From contig CAWEUJ010000004.1 of assembly GCA_963812205.1 (NCBI GenBank), positions 984,496 to 1,048,495 on the forward strand: a DNA stretch of 64,000 bases, read 5' to 3'. Positions 45,640 through 54,679 of the stretch are shown piece by piece. Positions within the stretch are counted from its first letter, which is position 1. Each line of letters opens with the position of its first letter. Below the pieces are notes generated by a model. That model was given only the letters and a program-made list of their open reading frames with translations. It had not been told where the DNA came from and searched no databases. This DNA is from an uncultured Actinomycetes bacterium (GTDB taxonomy: Bacteria > Actinomycetota > Acidimicrobiia > IMCC26256 > PALSA-610). A program made the position numbers and the translations under genes.

Positions 45640-47954
45640 CGTTCGCTGCGCGCTTCGTCGGCCAGCGCGTCGCGCGCCACGAAGACGCTCGTCTTGTCAC
45701 GGGCCGCGGTCGTTATGTCGACGACATCAAGGTGCCGAGGACGCTGCACGCTGCGTTCGCCCGCAGCGACGTCGCGCGCGGTCGGATCGTCTCGGTCGAC
45801 ACCGCCGCGGCGGCCGCGGTGCCCGGCGTGCGCGCGGTGTTCGTGGCATCGGATTTGAACCCTCTGGTGCACGACCACCGGGTCGACGACGAGCCGCCGG
45901 GTCGCGAGCGGCCATTCCGTCTGCTCGCCGACGGTGACGTCCGCTACGTCGGCGAGCCGATCGCGATAGTGGTTGCCGATTCGAGATACCACGCCGAGGA
46001 CGCGCTCGAAGCGATTGTCATCGACATCGAGGCAGAAGAACCGGTGCTCGTTGCTGAGCGAGCGCTCGAACCTGACGCCGCGGTCGTGCATCCGACCATG
46101 GAATCGAATCTGTACAACGAGATACCGAGCGCGCCGAATCCCGAGCTCGATGATGTGCTGGCGTCGGCGCCGGTGGTACTGACCGAGACCTTCGCTCAGC
46201 ACCGCTATCTCACGGTGCCGATGGAGACGCGCGGCATCCTCGCTGACTGGGATGCGAATCGCGACGAGCTCACGATTTGGATTTCGACGCAGGGCCCGCA
46301 CGGTGCTCGCGGCCAGATGGCGCGGCTCCTCGGTCTCGACGACAGCCAGGTGCGGGTGATCATGCCCGACGTCGGCGGCGCGTTCGGCTTGAAGATGCAG
46401 CCGGGGCGGGAGGAGATGGCGACTGTTCTCGCGACGAAGGTCTTGGGTCGGCCAGTGAAGTGGATCCAAGACCGCCGCGAAAATCTCACTGCCGACGAGC
46501 ATGCGCGCGACGACCGCGCCACGGTCACGATGGCCGCCGATCGGGACGGCACATTGCTCGGGGCGAAGGTCGAGTTCCTCGAGGTCGCGGGTGCGTTCCC
46601 GAGCGCGGGTGCGAGCGCGGCCGTGTTCACGACGGTCCTGTTCCCGGGCCCGTACCGTATTCCGGCCTACAGCGGGTCGGCCCAGACCGTCTTCACGAAC
46701 ACATCAGGCCGCGGTGCCTATCGGGGTCCGTGGATGATCGAGACCGTCGCGCGAGAACTCATGGTCGACTGTGTGGCGCGTCAACTCGGCATAGATCCGT
46801 TGGAGCTCCGCCGCCGGAACGTCATCCGCGACGAAGACCTGCCCTATGCGATGCCGACCGGCATGGTCTACGACCAGATCAGCGCCGCCGCAACGCTCGA
46901 ACAGGCGGCCGAAAAGATCGGCTACGACGAGTTTCGTGCACGCCAACGGGAGTGGCGTGCCGAGGGCCGCCTCGTCGGGCTCGGCATGAGCCTGCTTGTC
47001 GAGCCGTCCGCCATCTCGTTCGGGTTCATGAGCACCGACGCCGCGACTGTTCGTATCAGCCCAAATGGAAGAGTCGACGTCGCGCACACCGGGGCCAGCC
47101 ATGGACAGAGTCTCGAGACCACGATCGCGCAAGTCGTCGCCGACGAACTCGGTGTGGATGTCGGCCAAGTGCGCGTCGTGCAGGGCGACACCGACAGCAC
47201 GCCATTCGGGCCCGGCACCGGCGGAAGCCGGAGTGCGGTGATCCTCAGCGGTGCGGCGCGCAACGCCGCACGCGAGGTGCGTGACCGGATGCTGGCAATC
47301 GTCGCGCACCAGCTCGAAGCGTCGGAGGCAGACCTCGTTCTTGAGGACGGTCGGGTGTACGTCGCGGGGACTCCTTCGAGCGCCATGACAATCACCGAGA
47401 TCGCGCACCAGGCCTACTCTGCGCCGGCAGCGTTGCCTCCGGGTCTGCCACTGGGCCTCGAAGCGCAGGTGCGATGGGCGCCGGACTCGTTCGTCACTTG
47501 GTCGAACGCTTGCCATATATGCACCTGCGAGATCGATCCCGCGACCGGAGCGGTTGACATCATGCGATATGTCGTCAGCGAGGATTGCGGCATCATGATC
47601 AACCCGAACGTTGTCGAGGGTCAGATCGCCGGCGGAGTCGTGCAGGGAATCGGCGGCGTGCTGTACGAGCACATGCCGTATGACGATGCCGGAAACCCGC
47701 TCGCAGGCACATTCATGGACTACTTGCTTCCGACCGCAGTCGAAGCGCCCGAGATCGAATACGGACACATCGAGACGCCTGCGCCGTCGAATCCGGGTGG
47801 CCACAAGGGGCTCGGTGAAGGCGGAGCGATCGCGTCGCCGCCCGCAGTCGTCAATGCGATTGCGGATGCACTTGCGCCGCTCGGTGTCGCCGTGCGTTCG
47901 CAACCGCTCGGTCCCAGCGACATCGTCGCGCTACTGGAGATTGCGGGCCGGTGA
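45636..47954 (+). CDS. molybdenum hydroxylase large subunit (molybdopterin-binding, CoxL/XdhB-type; not form I CODH)
   Basis: 772 aa. Motifs are GGAFGLK, GRGAYRGPW (generic AYRG rather than the AYxCSFR of CO dehydrogenase) and GLGEGGAIASPPAV. Confidence 0.9.
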   Translation: MTFAARFVGQRVARHEDARLVTGRGRYVDDIKVPRTLHAAFARSDVARGRIVSVDTAAAAAVPGVRAVFVASDLNPLVHDHRVDDEPPGRERPFRLLADGDVRYVGEPIAIVVADSRYHAEDALEAIVIDIEAEEPVLVAERALEPDAAVVHPTMESNLYNEIPSAPNPELDDVLASAPVVLTETFAQHRYLTVPMETRGILADWDANRDELTIWISTQGPHGARGQMARLLGLDDSQVRVIMPDVGGAFGLKMQPGREEMATVLATKVLGRPVKWIQDRRENLTADEHARDDRATVTMAADRDGTLLGAKVEFLEVAGAFPSAGASAAVFTTVLFPGPYRIPAYSGSAQTVFTNTSGRGAYRGPWMIETVARELMVDCVARQLGIDPLELRRRNVIRDEDLPYAMPTGMVYDQISAAATLEQAAEKIGYDEFRARQREWRAEGRLVGLGMSLLVEPSAISFGFMSTDAATVRISPNGRVDVAHTGASHGQSLETTIAQVVADELGVDVGQVRVVQGDTDSTPFGPGTGGSRSAVILSGAARNAAREVRDRMLAIVAHQLEASEADLVLEDGRVYVAGTPSSAMTITEIAHQAYSAPAALPPGLPLGLEAQVRWAPDSFVTWSNACHICTCEIDPATGAVDIMRYVVSEDCGIMINPNVVEGQIAGGVVQGIGGVLYEHMPYDDAGNPLAGTFMDYLLPTAVEAPEIEYGHIETPAPSNPGGHKGLGEGGAIASPPAVVNAIADALAPLGVAVRSQPLGPSDIVALLEIAGR

Positions 47955-48136
47955 CCGACGCGCCAGTCGAGTTCCAGTATGTGTTGCGGTGTCCCTGCGG
48001 CGCGACGCTCACGGGAGATACCGAAGACGAGATCGTCGACGTCTCATTCGCCCACCTACGCGAGAATCATCCCGACCTCGCCGACGAATACGAACGTGAA
48101 CACATCTTGTTCATGGCCGTGAAGCTCCGGAAATAG
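47951..48136 (+). CDS. DUF1059-like small metal-binding protein
   Basis: 61 aa with GTGA overlap with the large-subunit stop. It shows the pattern CPCG...TEDEIV...HLRENHP. Confidence 0.55.
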   Translation: MTDAPVEFQYVLRCPCGATLTGDTEDEIVDVSFAHLRENHPDLADEYEREHILFMAVKLRK

Positions 48137-48141
48137 GGCGG

Positions 48142-48600
48142 ATGCGAAGGCTCATTACCGGCGTCAACGCCGACGGTCGCTCATGCATGATCGAGAACAC
48201 CGAATTCACAACGGTCGCGGCCGCCGGTCACGGCGTCAGCATCGCCCGCGTCTACGCGACCACTGAGAACCCGCTTCCGCCGCGACCCGCAGGCCTCGGC
48301 GAGCGCATCGACGTGCAACTCGCGCCGGGTCTGCTGCGGTGGAACGTCGTCGATCACGGGCCGCAAGAGATGCACGAAGGCTCAGTGACCTCGACGACGA
48401 TGCATCACAAGGACACGCTTGATCTTGTCTTTGTCCAGGATGGGACGGCGCAACTTGTCCTCCAAGACGGTAGCTACGACGTAGGGCCGGGCGACTTCGT
48501 CGTAATGCCCGGCATCGATCACGCGTGGAACGTCGGCCCCAATGGGTGCCGCCTCGTCGTGGTCACGGTCGGATCGCTCCCGCGCGCAACGAACGTATGA
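48142..48600 (+). CDS. cupin domain protein
   Basis: 152 aa. The C-terminal cupin barrel reads MHHKDTLDLVFVQDGTAQLVL...GDFVVMPGIDHAW. Confidence 0.6.
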   Translation: MRRLITGVNADGRSCMIENTEFTTVAAAGHGVSIARVYATTENPLPPRPAGLGERIDVQLAPGLLRWNVVDHGPQEMHEGSVTSTTMHHKDTLDLVFVQDGTAQLVLQDGSYDVGPGDFVVMPGIDHAWNVGPNGCRLVVVTVGSLPRATNV

Positions 48601-48817
48601 CGCGCTCGGAGTCTTGGCATTCTCGATCCGCGGGCGAGAGGACGCCGCTAGGGAGCAGAGGAAGACGGCCGCCGACGTCACGTCGTCCACGGTTCCCAGA
48701 TGAATCCGTGCGCGATCTTGGCGCCGATGTCCGGTAAGGAACGTGACCGGGTGAGTCGGTGCGTCTTGACGATTGACGCGGGCATGCGGATGGACGCGAG
48801 GTCGGCTTCCCCCGGCG

Positions 48818-49663
48818 TCATCCTTTCGAGTAGGTAGGCATCTGTTCCTTGGTCAGGACCGGCATGGGCGCTGCGACCTTACGGAGCGTTCTCGTCGGCC
48901 CCTGTTCGGCGACGTTGGGACGTCCGTGCTGCGCGGCGAGGTTGTCCCACACGACGAGGTCACCTGTTCGCCACTGGTGGTCGAGCCGATCTTCCTCGCG
49001 GTACAAGACAGCAAAGAGCTCTTCGAGCAGTGACTCGCTGTCGCCTTCGCCGAGTTCCACGATCGACTTCGTCATCTGCTCACACGCGTACAGCAGGGAG
49101 CGCCCCGTGCGGGGGTGAGTTATCTGGATCGGCTTGATCGTCGTGGGAGGGTTCGCGACCTCTGTGAGGATCACGTTTGACATGTCTCCACGACGTACCT
49201 CACCGGCCGTGTGTAGGGCGTGACGGCCGGCGACGCGCGATCGGAGATCGTCGCTCAAGGCTGCCCATGCGCGTGCAGTACTGACGAAAGTCGTCGGGGA
49301 TACCGGCGGCTCAACCTCGACAGCGTAGAGCGAGACCAACTCACACGGCAGCTCGCTCCACATCATGTCCGAATGGAACTGCAGGCGGCCATACGGCGCT
49401 GCCGACTTCTTGCGACGGTTTGAGATGTACCACCGGTCCTCCCGGGGAGTTCCCGGCCCGAGCTCCTTTTGGATCAACACTTCGGCGAGGCGGAGCTGCG
49501 AGGTGTGGGTGAGGTCGAGGTCACGGAACACCAGCAGGGCTCGATCGTCGAACAGTTGCTGGAGCTGTCGGCACACAGCATCGTCATCGAGGAGGTCTTC
49601 GCAGAACCCCTTCACCTCAGCGCCCAGTGCCGGGTTTAGATCCACCGATTGCAGCGCAACCAT
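48818..49663 (-). CDS. TauD/TfdA-family Fe(II)/2-oxoglutarate dioxygenase
   Basis: ATG 49663 follows GAGGAG. The HxD is in LQFHSDMMW and the distal His is in DHQWRTGDLVVWDNLAAQH. 281 aa. Confidence 0.8.
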   Translation of the reverse strand: MVALQSVDLNPALGAEVKGFCEDLLDDDAVCRQLQQLFDDRALLVFRDLDLTHTSQLRLAEVLIQKELGPGTPREDRWYISNRRKKSAAPYGRLQFHSDMMWSELPCELVSLYAVEVEPPVSPTTFVSTARAWAALSDDLRSRVAGRHALHTAGEVRRGDMSNVILTEVANPPTTIKPIQITHPRTGRSLLYACEQMTKSIVELGEGDSESLLEELFAVLYREEDRLDHQWRTGDLVVWDNLAAQHGRPNVAEQGPTRTLRKVAAPMPVLTKEQMPTYSKG

Positions 49664-49695
49664 GTGGTCACTCCTCTTGTGTGTCTTCCCTGACT

Positions 49696-50577
49696 TCAGC
49701 CTGCAGTCGCGAAACGGGGAGGTGTTGGTTTCGCGCTGCGCGGGGGAATCGGTGCGAACACCTTGCGCAGTGTGCGCACGGGACCTTCGAGCGCCACGTT
49801 GGGGCGCGCGTGCTGCACCGCGATGTTGTCCCACGCGGCGAGGTCACCGTTGCGCCACTCGTGCGTGTAGAGGAACTCGTCGCGGTACAGGTGCGAGAAC
49901 AGTTCCTCGAGCAGCGCTTCGCTTTCGGCGTTGTCGAGTCCGGCGATCTCCTGCGTCTGCTGCTGCGACACGTACAGAATCGTTTCGCCGGTGCGCGGAT
50001 GCGTGTATCCGATGGGCGTCGTGCGCATGCGCGCATTGTCGAAGGTCGAAACCAGCACGTCGGGATCGCCACCGGCACGCGCCCGCTCCTGCTCGGCGTG
50101 GCCCTGGATGGCCGACAGCGACGCGACTCTCTCGCGGAGGTCGTCGGGCAACGTCGCCCACGCGTACACGCCGCTCGCGAAGAGCGTCGGTGCGACCGGC
50201 GGTGCGACTTCGACGGCATAGAGCGACAAGATCTGGAACGTGTGATCGGACCACATCATGTCGGAGTGGTAGAGGAGGCGGCCGTACGGTGCCCCGCCCT
50301 TTTCCTCCTTGTTCGAGACGAAGAACGTTTCGCCGCCGGGCCGCCCCGAAGGCGTCTCGTCCGGCCCGAGGGGATCCATGCGGATGAGCATGCGCAGGAG
50401 GTTGGCCTGGGTGACCTCGTCGATGTCGAGGTCCCGGAACACGAGGACACCGCGCGTGTCGAACTGCTGTTGCAACATCGCGCAGGTGGAGGTATCGGCC
50501 AGGGTGGCCGCGGCATCGAGACCGATGATCTCGGTCCCGAACGCGGGGGTCAGCTCGCGGAGCTGGAGCTCGGTCAT
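49696..50577 (-). CDS. TauD/TfdA-family Fe(II)/2-oxoglutarate dioxygenase
   Basis: The HxD is in LLYHSDMMW and the distal His is in THEWRNGDLAAWDNIAVQH. 293 aa. It is a tandem paralog of the previous gene. Confidence 0.85.
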   Translation of the reverse strand: MTELQLRELTPAFGTEIIGLDAAATLADTSTCAMLQQQFDTRGVLVFRDLDIDEVTQANLLRMLIRMDPLGPDETPSGRPGGETFFVSNKEEKGGAPYGRLLYHSDMMWSDHTFQILSLYAVEVAPPVAPTLFASGVYAWATLPDDLRERVASLSAIQGHAEQERARAGGDPDVLVSTFDNARMRTTPIGYTHPRTGETILYVSQQQTQEIAGLDNAESEALLEELFSHLYRDEFLYTHEWRNGDLAAWDNIAVQHARPNVALEGPVRTLRKVFAPIPPRSAKPTPPRFATAG

Positions 50578-50578
50578 A

Positions 50579-50596
50579 GTGGCAGTCTAGTGTCAG
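50579..50596. promoter_or_regulatory. cluster operator motif, copy 7: GTGGCA GTCTAG TGTCAG
   Basis: It starts 2 nt from the TauD ATG (50577, minus strand) and ends 32 nt before GTG 50628 (+). Confidence 0.65.
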
Positions 50597-50627
50597 TTTG
50601 ACGTTTGTCGAGCGGGGGGATCCGGCA

Positions 50628-51569
50628 GTGACGATCAATTTTACGGACCAAGTTGTCGTCGTGACTGGCGCCGGTCGTGGGCTTGGCCGGTTGTACGCGC
50701 TCGACATGGCGAGCCGGGGCGCCGCGGTCATTGTCAACGACATCGGTGGGGCGATGAGCGGCGAGGGAAAGGATCCGAGCGTCGCCGACGCGGTTGTCGC
50801 CGAAATCGAGGTCACAGGCGGCCGGGCCGTCGCCAACCACGAGTCCGTGGACACGCCCGAGGGCGGTCAGGCCATCGTCGACCACGCGGTCGACGCCTTC
50901 GGCCGGCTCGACGCGGTGGTGAGCAATGCGGGCATCTTCCAGACGCTGCCCTTCGAGGAACTCACGGTCGACGACTGGCGGCGGATGCTCCAGGTGCACC
51001 TCGACGGCGCGTTCTTCCTCACCCAACCCGCGTATCGTGTGATGAAGACGCAGGGCTACGGACGGCTCGTGATGATCGCCTCATCGGCGGGACTCTTTGG
51101 TCAGCCGCTTGCCGCGCATTACGCAGCCGCCAAGGCGGGCATTTTCGGACTGACGAACGTGATCGCGGTCGAAGGTGCGCCCCACGGGATCTTGGCCAAC
51201 GCGGTATTGCCGTTCGGCCAGACGCGCATGGTCTGGGAAACAATCGGCCGGGAGCCGCCGCCGGATGGCGAGAGTGAGGGGTTCACCGGCGCGATCCGGC
51301 CGGAACTCGTCGTAGCGATCGTCACGTATCTCGCGAGCCGCGCCTGCACGTTCAGTCATCGCAACTACTCAGCTGGCGGCGGTCGCTTCGCGCGCGTGTT
51401 TGCCGGCCTCGGACCCGGTTGGCTCGCGTCGAACGAGAATTTGCCCACGGCCGACGACATCGACGCGCACATCGACGAGGTTTCCGCGACCGAGCCGTTC
51501 ACGGTCCCGATGTCGATTGTCGACGAAGTGATCGACATCTGCAATCGCATCGGCATTCAGCTCGGCTAG
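50628..51569 (+). CDS. SDR of the MFE-2/Hsd4A type ((3R)-hydroxyacyl-CoA dehydrogenase-like)
   Basis: It reads VVVVTGAGRGLGRLYALDMASRGAAVIVNDIGG, which is the MFE-2 N-terminal signature, with S...YAAAK. GTG 50628 follows GGGGGGA; TTG 50598 is possible but abuts the operator. Confidence 0.8.
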   Translation: MTINFTDQVVVVTGAGRGLGRLYALDMASRGAAVIVNDIGGAMSGEGKDPSVADAVVAEIEVTGGRAVANHESVDTPEGGQAIVDHAVDAFGRLDAVVSNAGIFQTLPFEELTVDDWRRMLQVHLDGAFFLTQPAYRVMKTQGYGRLVMIASSAGLFGQPLAAHYAAAKAGIFGLTNVIAVEGAPHGILANAVLPFGQTRMVWETIGREPPPDGESEGFTGAIRPELVVAIVTYLASRACTFSHRNYSAGGGRFARVFAGLGPGWLASNENLPTADDIDAHIDEVSATEPFTVPMSIVDEVIDICNRIGIQLG

Positions 51570-51572
51570 CGT

Positions 51573-51698
51573 TCAGCCGGCATCGACGACGCGGTTCGTC
51601 GCCGGGCGGCTGACCGGCATTGACGGTGCGGGCGCAATCACTTTGCGAAGCACCCGTGCGGGACCATCGAGCGTGAGCTCGCGGATCCGGACGCTCAC
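51573..51698 (-). pseudogene. C-terminal relic of a TauD/TfdA paralog (41-aa tail)
   Basis: It reads VSVRIRELTLDGPARVLRKVIAPAPSMPVSRPATNRVVDAG*. This aligns with the tails RPNVALEGPVRTLRKVFAPIPP...AG* and RPNVAEQGPTRTLRKVAAPMP...KG* of the intact genes. Its GTG overlaps the NTF2 stop (GTGA). Confidence 0.45.
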
Positions 51699-52126
51699 AA
51701 GTCGCCTTCGGTGTCGACGCGCAGACGGCGCAGAGTGGAACTCTTGAGCCGCCAGCCGTCGCATGTGCGCGCGTACTCCTCGTGGTAGTGGCCGTAGCCG
51801 CGCAGTACGTACGAACCGCCGCCGGGAAGCGGGATGTCCACGTAGTCGTTCATGGCCCAAATCCCTCTGGCTGTGTCAGGACCGGTGACGACGATCTCGG
51901 GGTTGTGCACGTGGTGGACCGTGACGGCCTCCGCGAGTGCCTGCGAGACGAAGTCGACGACTGCGTCGCGCCCCGTGTGTACCCCGCCCTCGCTGTCGAG
52001 GACGGTGTCATCGGTCAGGCAAGCGGCGTAGCCGGCCCAATCCTTGGTATCGACGCAGCGGCAGTATCTCGCCTTCAGTTGCGTGATCTCGTACACGGTC
52101 GTGAGGATTGCAATTTCATCCTGCAT
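51695..52126 (-). CDS. NTF2-like / SnoaL_4 family protein
   Basis: Start at the internal Met (MQDEIAILTTVYEITQLKARYCRCVDTKDW...). 143 aa. It overlaps the CoA-transferase stop by 11 nt. Confidence 0.7.
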   Translation of the reverse strand: MQDEIAILTTVYEITQLKARYCRCVDTKDWAGYAACLTDDTVLDSEGGVHTGRDAVVDFVSQALAEAVTVHHVHNPEIVVTGPDTARGIWAMNDYVDIPLPGGGSYVLRGYGHYHEEYARTCDGWRLKSSTLRRLRVDTEGDL

Positions 52127-54592
52127 GGGCCGCCACCGGTTCGGAGTGCCCCGCCACGACGCGGTCTTCGTGCAACTGCTCGATCTCGGCATCGCCGTAC
52201 CCGATCTCGGTGAGGAGCGCGCGGGTGTGCTCGCCGAACTCGCAGAAGGGCAAGGCGCGGCTGGGCGTGTCCGAGCAGGAAATCACCGGTGCATACCGCC
52301 AATAGGTGCCGATGCTCGGGTGGGAAACCTTCGTCATGATTTCGATTGCTTGCGCCTGTGGATCGTCATAGAGGAAGGCGAAGTGCGACAACTCGTCCGC
52401 GACCACGCAGCCGACGTTCGCGTCCAGGAGACGTCGTTCCCACTCGGACGCGGAGTGTCTGAGAAAGACGGGCTCGAGAAGCGTTTCCAGGTCGCGGCGG
52501 TTCGTTGCGCGGGCGGAGGCACTCGCAAACTTCGGGTCGGAACCAATGTGTTCGACGTCGGCCTCCGCACAGAACCGGGCGAATGCCTCGTCGTCGACAG
52601 CGGAGAACATCACCCAACGCGGATCGGGGTTGTGGGTCTTCGGACGGTCGACGTCTTGCGCAGCCGAGGCGGTCTCGTACAGCCGATGCGTTGCGCCGGT
52701 TCCGAACTGACGCGGGTCGACCGCGGGACGAGGCGGCTTGCCGGCGTACGAGAACGCGTCGTCGTAGTTGAGGTAGATGTTCGACACGATCATCGCGGAC
52801 TCGACGAGTTGCGCTTGCCCCGTCCGATGGCGTGCGAAGAGTCCAAGCATCAGCGCTGCCGCGTGTCCTGCAGCTGCCGCTGGGTCGGCACCGCTTTCGC
52901 GTAGCGGCGGATTGCCCTCGCCGGTTTGGTACGCCGTTTGACCCGCGAAGGCCGCGATCACAGGGTCGATTGCCGGCTGGCGCGCATAGGGGCCTTGCGA
53001 ACCGTATGAGGCGGCGTAGTGATACACGAGATCGGGTTTGATGGCCCGCAGGGTTTCGAAATCTATGCCCAACGACTCAGGGACGTGACCGCGGAAGCTG
53101 TGTACGAACACGTCCGCGCCGGCCACCAGACGGTTGAGAATCGCCCGGCCGCGCTCGTCCTTCAAGTTGAGTGCGATCGATTCCTTGCCCTGCATAGCGC
53201 GCACCATGTTGTTGTGACCGAGCGCGGCGACGGGGTCTCCGCCACCCCGGCCGAGCAAGCGATAGGGATCGCCGTTGATCGGCTCGATCTTGATCACCCG
53301 CGCGCCCAGCTCCGCGAGCAACGCAGTCGCGAACGGCGTGGCGTAGTAATACGCAGCCTCGACGATCGTGATGCCTTCGAGCGGCCCGGCGAGCCGTTCG
53401 CGCGTAGCTGCGGGGACCTCGACCGGCACGACCTCCGCGGCGCGCACGGCGTCGGTGTGCTCACCGGGCTCCGGTGCGGAACGCGTCACGTCCGCCGGTG
53501 CGTTCGGGAGTTTTGCCAGCGGGCCGATTTGCAGCATGCGACCGACTCGCGGGTCGTCGAACTCGACGACAAGATCGGTGGAGACCACCTGCGGATGGCG
53601 AAGCGCATCCTGCGTCGTCTGGATCACGTCGGCGCACACGTCGCCGTTGGCCAGGTACTCCTCCATCCACTCGGCTGCGGTCTTCTCCTTCATGCGCGCC
53701 TGAAGGCGCTCGACGAGTTCGACCTTGGCGTCGTCATCGGGGAATCGTGTCGGTGCGCCCTTGAACCGCTCGTCGTTCCAGATCCAATCGAAGCCGACCG
53801 CGCTGATCCACGCCGGAAAGAAGTGGGGTTCCGAAAGTGAGTGCATGATCCATTTGCCGTCGCGGCACTGGACCATCATCCCGGTGAGCGTTACCTGCGC
53901 GGATCACGGTGGTGCGCGAGCGGGTTGATCGCGTCGGACACCGTTTCCGTCGACGCCACGCGGTCGACCGGCAGCTCTTCGCCCTCGCGTAGAAGCCAGC
54001 GGACCTGCGGGTTCTGCCGGCACGTAATCGCCTGCAACATATTGACGTCGACGCGTTGGCCGCGACCGGTCAGGTCGCGCGCTCGGAGCGCGGCGAGGAT
54101 GCCCTGCACGGCGAGCATGCCGGCGAAATACGAGCCGTCGGGACACGAACGGTAGATGGGGCGTTTCCCATCGCGTTCCCAGCCCGGTTGATCGCGAAAG
54201 ATGCCGGCCTTCGCCATCACGAGCCAGTCGTCGGCCGGGACGCTCGCGTATGGCCCGGTCGTGCCGAACCCCGTCAGCTCGCAGAACACGACCGCGGGAT
54301 TGATCGACGAGAGTTGCGCGTAGTCGATCTTCTCGCTGTCGACAACGACGTCGACACCGGGCACGAGACGATGGAATTCGGCGCGCCCGCCGGCGGACGA
54401 TCGGTCGAGGGTGATGCTCTGCTTCCCGCGGTGCAGCAACGGGTAGGCGGGCAGTGTCGCGACCGGATCGGCTCCCGGCGACTCGACGCGAATGACCTCC
54501 GCGCCGAAGTCTGCGAGCACCATCGTCGCGAGCGCGCCCGCGGGGCCGCGGCTGCAGTCGAGTACTCGAATGCCCGCACACGCTCCCGGCAT
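52116..54592 (-). pseudogene. double-domain family III (CaiB/BaiF) CoA-transferase, -1 frameshift at 53894-53903
   Basis: Domain 1 is IRVLDCSRGPAGALATMVLADFGAEVIRVE...GQRVDVNM, and domain 2 is ITIVEAAYYYATPFATALLAELGARVIKIE. The two tracked ORFs (53891-54592 and 52116-53879) are consecutive parts of domain 1, and the total length is 3n+2. Confidence 0.75.
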
Positions 54593-54648
54593 GCGATCCC
54601 CTTTCCGGTCGTGGCCGTGCTCGGCATCCTACGGCGGCCGGACGTGAA

Positions 54649-54666
54649 GTGACAGTCCTCTGCCAC
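54649..54666. promoter_or_regulatory. cluster operator motif, copy 8: GTGACA GTCCTC TGCCAC
   Basis: It lies in the divergent gap: 14 nt before GTG 54680 (+) and 57 nt from ATG 54592 (-). Confidence 0.7.
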
Positions 54667-54679
54667 TAGTCTCGGCGGC

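Noticed and set aside
48601-48817. A possible further SDR C-terminal relic on the minus strand (…GTVDDVTSAAVFLCSLAASS…) in the 217-bp convergent gap after the cupin gene.
   Set aside because: The similarity is limited to about 15 residues of a loosely conserved SDR segment, which is not enough to call by eye. It needs an HMM search.
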